Shown: piece by piece, positions 18,594 to 26,654 of the stretch
Layout: every line of letters begins with the position of its first letter
How positions within the stretch are numbered: position 1 is the first letter of the stretch
Assembly (NCBI GenBank): GCA_024277355.1
Contig: JAJRVL010000002.1
Location: 30,001-62,000, forward strand
Length of the DNA stretch: 32,000 bases
Direction: 5' to 3'
DNA from: an archaeon
GTDB taxonomy: Archaea; Iainarchaeota; Iainarchaeia; Iainarchaeales; 1-14-0-10-31-34
Made by a program: the position numbers and the translations under genes
The notes under the pieces: generated by a model
What the model saw: the letters and a program-made list of their open reading frames with translations, nothing else
Told to the model about the DNA's origin: nothing
Databases searched by the model: none

Positions 18594-19187
18594 TTATGCC
18601 ACCTGGTTGACATTTATTTTTACTTTTTTTTCTGAATTTAAGGGATCGTCTGAATAAATTGAAACTATCCTTGTTACTGGCCCTCTTAAATCAGGGTGTG
18701 CAGTAGGATCATAAAAAATCTTTAATTGTGCTTCTTCTCCTGGTTCTAATATTTGTTTATAGCCGGGATTATTATGCATGCCAAATACAGGGCTTTGAAT
18801 TCCATTTATTATTATAACAGCGGTAGTGCACATACAAGAAGACTTTAATCCGTTTAATACTAGTTTTCCTTTTCCTTTATTTATTATTTCCATTGAAGTG
18901 CTTACTGTTCCTTTTCTAATGCTGACTGTTCCAAAATCATGAACTTCAGAACTAATTGTTATTAAGCCTGAACCTCTTGGATCAGGAGAATTATCAATTA
19001 TTCCCTGAATTAAAAACAAAGCAATTAATCCTAAAACTAAAACACCTATTCCAATTTTAATTATTTTTTTTCCTGTTTTTCTTCTGCTTAAATTTTTTTC
19101 TTCTTTATCTGTTTTTTCCTGTCTTAATTTTTTTTTAAGTTCTTTTTTTTCTCTTTTGCTTAATCCTTCAAAATCAGGTCTATTCAT
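18594..19187 (-). CDS. DUF1573-like membrane-anchored protein (paralog)
   Basis: VHDFGTVSIRKGTVSTSMEIINKGKGKLVLNGLKSSCMCTTAVIIINGIQSPVFGMHNNPGYK. Confidence 0.88.
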   Translation of the reverse strand: MNRPDFEGLSKREKKELKKKLRQEKTDKEEKNLSRRKTGKKIIKIGIGVLVLGLIALFLIQGIIDNSPDPRGSGLITISSEVHDFGTVSIRKGTVSTSMEIINKGKGKLVLNGLKSSCMCTTAVIIINGIQSPVFGMHNNPGYKQILEPGEEAQLKIFYDPTAHPDLRGPVTRIVSIYSDDPLNSEKKVKINVNQVA

Positions 19188-20003
19188 TTATTCCACCTGA
19201 TCAATGTCAATTCTTACTTTTTTTTCAAAATCAACTGAGTCATTTGAAAAAACACTAATAACTCTGACTAAATGTTGTCCTTCAAGTCCTGAATGAACTG
19301 TTGGATCGTAATAAATTTTTAATTGAGCCTGTTGTTTTGGAGGAATAGTTACTGACCATCCTTTTGGATTGCCGTGCATGCTCATTCCAAATATTGGACC
19401 TTCTACTCCATTAAAAATTATTGAAGCAGTAGTGCACATACAGGAAGAATCCATATTATTTATTACTAAATCGCTTTCTCCGTCATTTCTTATTGTCATA
19501 ATTTTGCTTACTGTTCCTTTTCTAACGCTTACTTCTCCAAAATCATATGAATCCGGAGTAATAATTATTTTAGGCCTGTTTTCAGGGGCTCTTTCGGCCA
19601 ATTCAAGTCTTATTTCTTCTTCTAATTTTTTTCCTTCATCTGAAAGAGATTCCATTCCGTATTTTTTTACCATTTTAATTATTGCATCTGTTTTAGAAAT
19701 TTCTGTTTTCTCTAAAGAATCAATATACTCTAGTCTTTCTTTGGCTGAACCGCAGCAAATATTTTCTTTATCTAAAGGCCTGTTGCAGCATGAACAAATA
19801 AATAATCCATAAACTTCGTCTGCTTTAAATGGTTCTGCTAAAATTATTTTTCCTGTAACAGGCGGCATAGTTTTCTCAGAATTTAATGCAACTGGAGTCT
19901 GGGTTATAAATGAATTTGCTAAAAAAATTAAAGAAATAACAATTAAAGCCATTGCTGTAAAATACAATTGATTTTTTTTACTTTTTATTTTTTCTTTATC
20001 CAT
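19188..20003 (-). CDS. DUF1573-like membrane-anchored protein with extra Cys-rich N-terminal domain (paralog)
   Basis: LFICSCCNRPLDKENICCGSAKERLEYIDSL then YDFGEVSVRKGTVSKIMTIRNDGESDLVINNMDSSCMCTTASIIFNGVEGPIFGM. Confidence 0.88.
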   Translation of the reverse strand: MDKEKIKSKKNQLYFTAMALIVISLIFLANSFITQTPVALNSEKTMPPVTGKIILAEPFKADEVYGLFICSCCNRPLDKENICCGSAKERLEYIDSLEKTEISKTDAIIKMVKKYGMESLSDEGKKLEEEIRLELAERAPENRPKIIITPDSYDFGEVSVRKGTVSKIMTIRNDGESDLVINNMDSSCMCTTASIIFNGVEGPIFGMSMHGNPKGWSVTIPPKQQAQLKIYYDPTVHSGLEGQHLVRVISVFSNDSVDFEKKVRIDIDQVE

Positions 20004-20088
20004 TTTTTCACTTTCTTAAAAAGAGGGGGAGAAAGCCTTACGGCCTTCTCTTGGTTTTAACGCATTATTTAATGCATTAACATTTTTT

Positions 20089-20439
20089 TTAGATGTATTT
20101 TCCTGACATCATAGGGCAGTGTTCTGTCATTTCCTCAAAGTTTCCTGATTCCATTGCCTTTTGCATTTCTTTAAAATCTTCTGAATCCATTGTTTCATGC
20201 ATTTCGTTTATTTCTTCTTTCCAGTTTTCCCCAAGCATTTGTTCGTGAAATTCCTCAAAGTTTCCTTTGTGCATTGTTTTATGCATTTTCTTCATGCCGA
20301 AAAAAGTTTCTTCTGGATTTTCAGTGTTTGAGTTATTTTCAGTATAATTTCCTTCTGAATGTGCTGTAACAGAAACAGAAATAATTCCAAGCAATGCAAC
20401 TACAAAAAGAGAAATTACTGCTGTTTTAAACAAATCCAT
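20089..20439 (-). CDS. Met/His-rich exported protein, putative metal-binding
   Basis: Signal-like N-terminus; FFGMKKMHKTMHKGNFEEFHEQMLGENWKEEINEMHETMDSEDFKEMQKAMESGNFEEMTEHCPMMSGKYI. Confidence 0.8.
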   Translation of the reverse strand: MDLFKTAVISLFVVALLGIISVSVTAHSEGNYTENNSNTENPEETFFGMKKMHKTMHKGNFEEFHEQMLGENWKEEINEMHETMDSEDFKEMQKAMESGNFEEMTEHCPMMSGKYI

Positions 20440-20458
20440 TTAACCATCTCCTAAAAGC

Positions 20459-20475
20459 TTTACATTTAATGTAAA
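20459..20475. promoter_or_regulatory. BlaI/CopY-type operator candidate
   Basis: TTTACATT-T-AATGTAAA, perfect arms, 20 bp upstream of the Met/His-rich gene start; same TTTACA-N5-TGTAAA core as 21634-21650. Confidence 0.75.
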
Positions 20476-20496
20476 TCAATCTGTTTTTAAATCTTT

Positions 20497-21213
20497 CTAG
20501 AGTTTTTCTCTTGCCTTGTCTAAAATTAGTGTTTCTTTTCCCATTTTTTTATCTAATTTTCTTTCTTCTAAAATGTCTAATTCTTCAAAATGAATTGGAA
20601 GAAGGCCAAAAGTTCCTGCCTTGACCGAAGAAAAAAATCTTTTAATATTGAAAAAAGAGCCTTTTAAATGCATTAATTCGTGCTTTATTACTGTTCTTAA
20701 TTCATTGTCTTCAAGCAGTTCAATTAATCCTGTTGAAATAAAAATTACTTTTTTGTATCCTGAAACGACAAAAGCATTTGGTTCTGAATTCACAAAAACA
20801 ATTATTTCGGGTTTTGTTATTGAAAGGTTTGCTGCTTCTTCTAAAGCAATTTTTTCTACTTTTTTGTCTTTTGTTTTTGTTATTCCTATTTTCATAAGCA
20901 AAGGAGAAAAAACATATGAGACAATAAAAAATAAGCCTGCAGCAATTAATGCTGTCTGGTGTGCTAAATGAAAAATTGTTGAATAATGTGAATTAGCAAA
21001 AGCAAGAATTAAAAGAAAAGTTATTATTGAAGTTGAAAGAATTGCTTTTGTAAAAAGACTTTGTTTTATTGAAAGTTTTTTTCTAAGTAAAATAAGAATT
21101 AAAATTGAAACAAGGATAAGGGTTATTAAAAAATAGTTAAAAGATGCGAGAAAAGGACTTTGCCCCGCAATACATTCGGTAGCGCATTGTAGTGTTGAAA
21201 CTCCTTCGCCCAT
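20497..21213 (-). CDS. BlaR1-like/M48-M56 membrane zinc metalloprotease
   Basis: Hydrophobic N-terminal half, NAFVVSGYKKVIFISTGLIELLEDNELRTVIKHELMHLKG (HExxH). Confidence 0.88.
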   Translation of the reverse strand: MGEGVSTLQCATECIAGQSPFLASFNYFLITLILVSILILILLRKKLSIKQSLFTKAILSTSIITFLLILAFANSHYSTIFHLAHQTALIAAGLFFIVSYVFSPLLMKIGITKTKDKKVEKIALEEAANLSITKPEIIVFVNSEPNAFVVSGYKKVIFISTGLIELLEDNELRTVIKHELMHLKGSFFNIKRFFSSVKAGTFGLLPIHFEELDILEERKLDKKMGKETLILDKAREKL

Positions 21214-21223
21214 TTAAAACCTC

Positions 21224-21586
21224 TTATTTAAGTTGTTTTCTCAAATAAGCTACAGAAGAACTTCCAAAAGTATTTTTCAGAAAAGAAAGGAATTTGTCAG
21301 AAATTTCCTCGCTTAATTCTTCTCTGCTGTATTTAGGAGAATAAATGTAAATTAAGCCGCCTTTTCCTTTGAGTATTTTTCTTGTAAGTATTCCTTTTGA
21401 GTGCATTCTGTCTGTTGTAACTGTTATAGTAGTATAAGCAACGTCATTCTTTTTTTTCACTAAATCAAATATTTCTCTGCAGGTGGCTTTTTCTTTTTTC
21501 CATAATGAATCCATTATGTCTGATTCAAGTTTTCCAACTAAAGAATTTAGTCCTTTTTTTTCAAAGTCAATTTTATTTAAATCCAT
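21224..21586 (-). CDS. BlaI/MecI/CopY-family transcriptional repressor
   Basis: LESDIMDSLWKKEKATCREIFDLVKKKNDVAYTTITVTTDRMHSKGILTRKILKGKGGLIYIYSPKYSREE. Confidence 0.93.
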   Translation of the reverse strand: MDLNKIDFEKKGLNSLVGKLESDIMDSLWKKEKATCREIFDLVKKKNDVAYTTITVTTDRMHSKGILTRKILKGKGGLIYIYSPKYSREELSEEISDKFLSFLKNTFGSSSVAYLRKQLK

Positions 21587-21633
21587 TGTTTCACTTATTT
21601 ATCTTTTGCAAAATATGTTTATAAATGTATTGC

Positions 21634-21650
21634 TTTACATCTTTTGTAAA
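21634..21650. promoter_or_regulatory. BlaI/CopY-type operator candidate in divergent promoter
   Basis: TTTACA-TCTTT-TGTAAA between blaI-like (21586, -) and the VGGC protein (21675, +); a TTTATAAA TATA-like element at about 21619-21626. Confidence 0.75.
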
Positions 21651-21674
21651 TCTTTTACTTGGAGGTATGATTAA

Positions 21675-22328
21675 ATGAATAATACAAAGTTTTTTCTTGT
21701 ATTGCTTGTTGCTTTAACAGCATTAACTCAGATTTATAATCTTTCACTTGAAAATTCAATTTCTTCTGATTTAATAAGTAATGTTGTTTTATCTTCTAAT
21801 GCGGATTCAGCTAACACAGTGACAGCAAATTTATCTAACAGCAATACACAGGAAAAAAAAACGCTTTCTCTTTCTGATATAATTCCTTCCGGGGTTCCTG
21901 AAATTTATGGAACAGAATTAGGAATAAGCTATGATGAACCTGTTGCAGGTTTAGCTGTATTAAAAAAACTTGATACTGCAATTTCTCTTGAAGGAAACTT
22001 ACAGGAAAGATATATTAAAGTAGGAACAAGCATTTCATGCGAATTTTGCTGCGGAGCAAAATCAATTACTTTTTCTGATGGAAGAGCAGCTTGTGGTTGT
22101 GCTCATTCTTATGCAATGAGAGGTTTAGCAAAATATTTGCTTCAAAATCACGCAGACAAATTTACTGATCAGGAAATTTTAAATGAATTAGTTAAATGGA
22201 AAACTTTGTTTTTTCCAAAACAAATGACTAAAAGAGCATTAGAATTAGCTGCACAAGAAGGAACTTATAATCAGGAACTTTTGAATAAAGTTAATTCAAG
22301 TGTTCCAGACATGGTAGGAGGTTGTTAA
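21675..22328 (+). CDS. Exported Cys-rich protein with C-terminal PDMVGGC
   Basis: N-terminal hydrophobic segment; ISCEFCCGAKSITFSDGRAACGCAHSYAMRGLAKYLL...; ends SVPDMVGGC; SD GGAGG upstream. Confidence 0.85.
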   Translation: MNNTKFFLVLLVALTALTQIYNLSLENSISSDLISNVVLSSNADSANTVTANLSNSNTQEKKTLSLSDIIPSGVPEIYGTELGISYDEPVAGLAVLKKLDTAISLEGNLQERYIKVGTSISCEFCCGAKSITFSDGRAACGCAHSYAMRGLAKYLLQNHADKFTDQEILNELVKWKTLFFPKQMTKRALELAAQEGTYNQELLNKVNSSVPDMVGGC

Positions 22329-22329
22329 A

Positions 22330-22575
22330 ATGGATTTAAATAAAATTAGTTTTGATTCACTGCTTTTAGTTTTTGTAGCAGTATTGTTTATTGTTTCTGC
22401 AGTTTCAGCAGTGCAATTAAATGAATTACAGGGAAAAATTGTTTCTTTCAAAGAAACAAGCAGTTCAGTAGTTTCTCTGAGTTCTGATTCATCTTCTAAT
22501 ATTTCTTCATCTTCAAGTGACGAAGAAATTTTAGCAAAACTGAATCAAGCTCCAGATATGGTTGGAGGCTGTTAA
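22330..22575 (+). CDS. Small exported/anchored protein with the same C-terminal PDMVGGC
   Basis: 81 aa, N-terminal hydrophobic segment, Ser-rich linker, SDEEILAKLNQAPDMVGGC. Confidence 0.8.
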   Translation: MDLNKISFDSLLLVFVAVLFIVSAVSAVQLNELQGKIVSFKETSSSVVSLSSDSSSNISSSSSDEEILAKLNQAPDMVGGC

Positions 22576-22586
22576 AGCCTCTTTTT
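22565..22586 (+). terminator. Intrinsic-like terminator overlapping the 3' end of the VGGC ORF
   Basis: GAGGCT-GTTAA-AGCCTC followed by TTTTTATTTC; the 5' arm encodes the GGC tail. Confidence 0.7.
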
Positions 22587-22622
22587 ATTTCTTTTTATAA
22601 TTAATTGAATAAGAGTTTTTTT

Positions 22623-23750
22623 ATGTCTTCAAAAAAAATGTTTCTTCCAAAAAAACCAATGATTTTAGCGGTTATTGCTCTTTTAGCTTTAATTATTTTT
22701 TCTGCTTTTTTTAGTATTCAGTCAATGAATAATGAATTAACTGAAAAAGAAAACAATTCTTTGGAAGAAAATTCTTTAAAAGACAATAATGAAATTAATA
22801 ATGCACTTCCTTTTGTTAAAATACTTTTAGTTAAAAATAACTGTGAAGACTGCTTTGATATTGATTTAATGGCGCAGCAAATTTATTCTTTTGATATCAA
22901 TGTTTTGTAAGTAAAAACAATTAATGCTGATTCAGAAGAAGGAATAAATTTAATTAAAATGCATGATTTGAATACTTTGCCCGCAATTATTATTAATGGT
23001 GAATTCAAAGGAACTGACTTAGAAACCCAATGGAAAACAATTGGTGAAGAAAAAAACGGAGTATTAATTGCAAGCAGGCCTCCTTATTATTCTTTAGAAG
23101 AAAAAAGAGTTAAAGGAAAAGTTGATTTATTATTAATAAAAAATTCTTCTTGTAAAGACTGCATTGACCTGAATTTTTTTGCTGACGACTTAAGAGAATT
23201 AGGCATTATAATTGAAAATGAAAGAACAATTGAATTTGATTCAGAAGAAGGACAATCTCAGATTGAATTTTATTTTATTGACAGAGTTCCTGTGGTTCTT
23301 TTAACCAGTGAAATTGGAGAGTATTCTTTTTTGAAACCTTTATGGAGCCAGATAGGAATAATTGCTCCTGATGGAAGTTATATTTACACTGAAGCTGTTC
23401 CTTTTTTTGATTTATTTTCAGAAGAAACTAAAGGGTTAGTTGAAGTAACAAGATTAATTGATGCAAATTGTTCTGATTGTGTTGATGTAAATGCAATTGT
23501 TTCTCCTTTAACTAAAATGGGCTTAAAAATAATCAAAGAAGAAACCTTTGATGTTTCATCTGAAAAAGGAAAAGAATTAATTGAAAAATATTCTATTACT
23601 AAAATTCCCACAATAATTGTTTCAGAGGAAGCTGAAGAATACACTGAATTTTTTGTTGTCTGGCCTAAAGTAGGAACAAAAGAAGAAGATGGATTTTTTG
23701 TTTTCAGAAATCTTGAAGTTTTAGGAAGCAATTTTATTACTTTAAAGTAA
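22623..23750 (+). pseudogene. Membrane-anchored protein with three CxxC thioredoxin-like segments, interrupted by in-frame TAA at 22908-22910
   Basis: LLVKNNCEDCFDIDL...INVL-*-VKTINADSEEGINLIKMHDLNTLPAIIINGEF...IKNSSCKDCIDLNF...IDANCSDCVDVNAI; both halves are in the same frame. ATG at 22623 preferred over the tracked TTG at 22605. Confidence 0.85.
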
Positions 23751-24965
23751 TTTTTCTAAAACTAATTCAGTTTCTCCATTAAATGAATTATTTTTTGCTT
23801 TTGCCAGAAAACTTATTTCTTTGCCTTTTATTGCTTCATTTAATTCAGTTATTATTTCTTCCAGGATTATTTCATTTGTTTTTTCTTCTATTTCTTTTGT
23901 TGTTTTTTCTAATATTTTTTCTGCTTTTTTTCCGTAAACCATTGTATTAATTAAAGCAGTTTCATCTTCTAATTCAAATGAAACAACCAGTCTTTTTTCT
24001 GGTTTTAATATTTGTCCGCAAGTTTTGCAGAAAAAAGTATTATTTTCTTCCTGAATGCTTTTTCCGCATTCAGGACAAACATTAAACAATAATTTTGTTT
24101 TGTTTAATGAATTAATTTTTCCTTCTGCTATAAATCTGTTTCCTTCAATTACTTTGTTTAATTCTTTTTTCCCAAAAAAATTAATGCAATATTCTTTTAG
24201 TTTTCCTTCTTCTAATTCTTTTATTTCAGTGTTGTCTGTTGAATGTAATTCTAATTCATTTAATCCTTTTCTTGCATTAACATTGCTTATTTTAATTATT
24301 TTTTCTGATAATTTTTCTCTTGCTTTTTCATTCCATAAAACAAGCATAATGCTTTTGTTTTCGTCAATTAATTCAATTCTTTTAAGCATTCCTTTTCTTC
24401 CTTTTGATTCAAATTCCTTTAAAGGAAATTCTCTCAAAATCATTGCTTTAATTGTAAGATTTCTTTCTCCGTCAATTATTTCATTTATTTTTTTTATTTC
24501 TTTTGTTTTTTGATTTTCTTTTAAATTAAATTTTCCATTAAATCTTTTATTTAATTGTTTTTTTCCATTAAATTCTTCAACAAAAAATTCAGTTAATTCA
24601 ATTTTTTTTCCTGAATCTTTTTCTAATATTTTTTCTGTGTCTTCATTCCATAAAACAAGATATGCGGTTCCAGTATTATCTTTTATTAATATATTTTTCA
24701 CTTTGCCTTTTTTTCCTTTTGATTCAAATTCTCTTTCAGGATAAACTGAAATAATTTCGCCTTTAACATTAACTGTCTGGCCTTTTTTTAATTCAGATAA
24801 AACAGTGTCTTTTTCTTCTATTTCTATTCCTTGTTCTCTTGCAATCAAGAATAATGCTGCTTCTTTATTTAGCATTCCTGAAAACTTTTCTGTTTTTTCT
24901 TTGACTTTTTCTTCTAATTCTTCTTCACTTAATTGTTCAAGGATTTTTTCTTTTAATTGATTCAT
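23742..24965 (-). CDS. RPA-like multi-OB-fold single-strand DNA-binding protein with zinc ribbon
   Basis: KGQTVNVKGEIISVYPEREFESKGKKGKVKNILIKDNTGTAYLVLWNE repeated OB pattern, CPECGKSIQEENNTFFCKTCG. Confidence 0.88.
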   Translation of the reverse strand: MNQLKEKILEQLSEEELEEKVKEKTEKFSGMLNKEAALFLIAREQGIEIEEKDTVLSELKKGQTVNVKGEIISVYPEREFESKGKKGKVKNILIKDNTGTAYLVLWNEDTEKILEKDSGKKIELTEFFVEEFNGKKQLNKRFNGKFNLKENQKTKEIKKINEIIDGERNLTIKAMILREFPLKEFESKGRKGMLKRIELIDENKSIMLVLWNEKAREKLSEKIIKISNVNARKGLNELELHSTDNTEIKELEEGKLKEYCINFFGKKELNKVIEGNRFIAEGKINSLNKTKLLFNVCPECGKSIQEENNTFFCKTCGQILKPEKRLVVSFELEDETALINTMVYGKKAEKILEKTTKEIEEKTNEIILEEIITELNEAIKGKEISFLAKAKNNSFNGETELVLEKLL

Positions 24966-25018
24966 TAAAGAAAAGATTCTGGAAACCTTTTATTAACACT
25001 TTTATTTTTCTTTATTTA

Positions 25019-25669
25019 ATGCCTTTGATTAAATTTAATGAAAATGTTTTTATGCTTAAAACAAGTGATTATTCTTGTAATTCTTTTCTAATTAAAGCAG
25101 AAAAAAATGTTTTAATTGATTCAGGTTTAGTTTCAGCAGTTCCAGAGCATATTGAAATGCTTAATTCAATTAATTTAAAGCCTGAAGATATTGATTTAGT
25201 TTTGCATACTCATGGTCATTGGGATCATTTTCAGGCAGACAAAATTTATGTTAATGCAATAAAATTTATGAGTGAATTTGATGCAAAACATTTAATTGAA
25301 GAAAACCCTGAAATAACAAGAACAAAAGAAAATCATTTTTATCCCAAAATTGATGGTTTTTTTGAAGAAAATGAAGTCATTGAATTAAATCCATTTAAAT
25401 TAAAAGTAATTTTTACTTCAGGGCACACTCAAGGAGGAGTCTGTTTTTATGAAGAAAAACAAAAATGGCTGTTTTCAGGGGACACTTTGTTTGCTGAAAC
25501 AATCGGCAGAACTGATTTGCCTACTGGTTCTTTTGACGAAATAAAATCTTCAATTCAAAAACTTTCAGAATTAGAAATAAAATATCTTTTTTCCGGCCAC
25601 GGAAGAATTGTTTCGGGTTTAACTGAAAACAAAGAGAATTTTAAGTTTATCTTTAAAGCTTTCTTTTAA
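25019..25669 (+). CDS. MBL-fold metallo-hydrolase
   Basis: VLHTHGHWDHFQAD, TSGHTQGGVCFY, LFSGDTLFAETIGRTDLPTG, YLFSGHG. Confidence 0.93.
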   Translation: MPLIKFNENVFMLKTSDYSCNSFLIKAEKNVLIDSGLVSAVPEHIEMLNSINLKPEDIDLVLHTHGHWDHFQADKIYVNAIKFMSEFDAKHLIEENPEITRTKENHFYPKIDGFFEENEVIELNPFKLKVIFTSGHTQGGVCFYEEKQKWLFSGDTLFAETIGRTDLPTGSFDEIKSSIQKLSELEIKYLFSGHGRIVSGLTENKENFKFIFKAFF

Positions 25670-25701
25670 ATACTTTTTATACTCATTTTTTAGAGTGATT
25701 T

Positions 25702-26493
25702 TTGATGTTTGATAATCATTTTGGTAAAACTTATAATTTTATTTTAAGTAAAATTAAAGAAAAAAAAGGATTAGTTTTTTTGGTTATTGATCCGCCTGAT
25801 CAGACTCCTGAAGAAGCTGGATTGCTTGCAGAATTAGCTGAAAAAGCAGGAATTTCAGCTTTTGCTGTTGGGGGTTCAATTGGAGCTCAGGGTTCAATGT
25901 TAGATAAAACAATTAAGGCAATTAAATTAAATTCTTCTTTGCCTGTAATTTTGTTTCCTGGGGATATTGCTACTTTAAGTCCTAAAGCTGATGCAGCTTA
26001 TTTTATGTCAATGCTTAATTCAAGGGATCCTTATTTTATTTCTGGAGCGCAGATGGCTTCTTCTATTCCTATAAAAAAAATGAAGTTAGAAACTATTCCT
26101 ACTTCTTATTTAGTATTTGAACCAGGAAAAGCTGTTGGATGGGTTGGACAGGCTAATTTAATTCCAAGAGATGTGTCGTATATTGGTGCAGCTGCTGCTT
26201 TAGCAGGCCAATTTATGGGGTCTCATTTAGTTATTTTAGAGTCTGGTTCTGGTGCAGAAAGCTGTGTTCCAGCTAAAAACATTGAAATTATTGCTAAAAC
26301 AATCAATATTCCAATTATTGTTGCTGGAGGAGTTAAAACTCCTAAAATGGCTTTTGACTGCATTAATGCAGGAGCTTCAATTGTTCATGTGGGGACAGCA
26401 GTGGATAATGTTTCAGCTAATAAAGATAAAGCATTAAAATTAATGAAAGAATTTGTTGTTTCAGCAGAAAAAGCAGGCAAAAGCAGAAAATAA
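25702..26493 (+). CDS. Geranylgeranylglyceryl phosphate synthase family protein
   Basis: VFLVIDPPDQTPEEAG, AFAVGGSIGAQGSMLD, LPVILFPGD, YLVFEPGKAVGWVG, PIIVAGGVKTPKMAFDCINAGASIVHVGTAV. Confidence 0.93.
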   Translation: MMFDNHFGKTYNFILSKIKEKKGLVFLVIDPPDQTPEEAGLLAELAEKAGISAFAVGGSIGAQGSMLDKTIKAIKLNSSLPVILFPGDIATLSPKADAAYFMSMLNSRDPYFISGAQMASSIPIKKMKLETIPTSYLVFEPGKAVGWVGQANLIPRDVSYIGAAAALAGQFMGSHLVILESGSGAESCVPAKNIEIIAKTINIPIIVAGGVKTPKMAFDCINAGASIVHVGTAVDNVSANKDKALKLMKEFVVSAEKAGKSRK

Positions 26494-26654
26494 TTATTTA
26501 ATTAATTTTTTTGTATTTTTTAAAGTATTATTTTTTATTTTTTTTATAGTTTTTTTCTTTTTATTTTTTTGTTGCTGTTTAATTTTTTTAGTTATTATTT
26601 TTATTATTAATTATTTTTGTTTATTTTTTTTTGTATTTCTTTTTTTGCTATTTC
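26494..26654. other. T-rich low-complexity convergent intergenic region
   Basis: About 160 nt almost entirely T/A with long T tracts between convergent genes. Confidence 0.8.

Noticed and set aside
19369-19812. Plus-strand ORF of 147 aa
   Set aside because: Entirely antisense to the DUF1573-like gene 19188..20003; no recognisable motif.
21224-21586. BlaI/BlaR1-like pair as a beta-lactam resistance locus
   Set aside because: No beta-lactamase or PBP is present and archaea lack the usual target; metal/thiol neighbours make another signal more likely.
23384-23731. Minus-strand ORF of 115 aa
   Set aside because: Antisense to the triple-CxxC gene; Ser/Thr-rich shadow translation.
24055-24513. 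Plus-strand ORF of 152 aa
   Set aside because: Antisense to the RPA-like gene; Phe/Ser/Ile-rich shadow.
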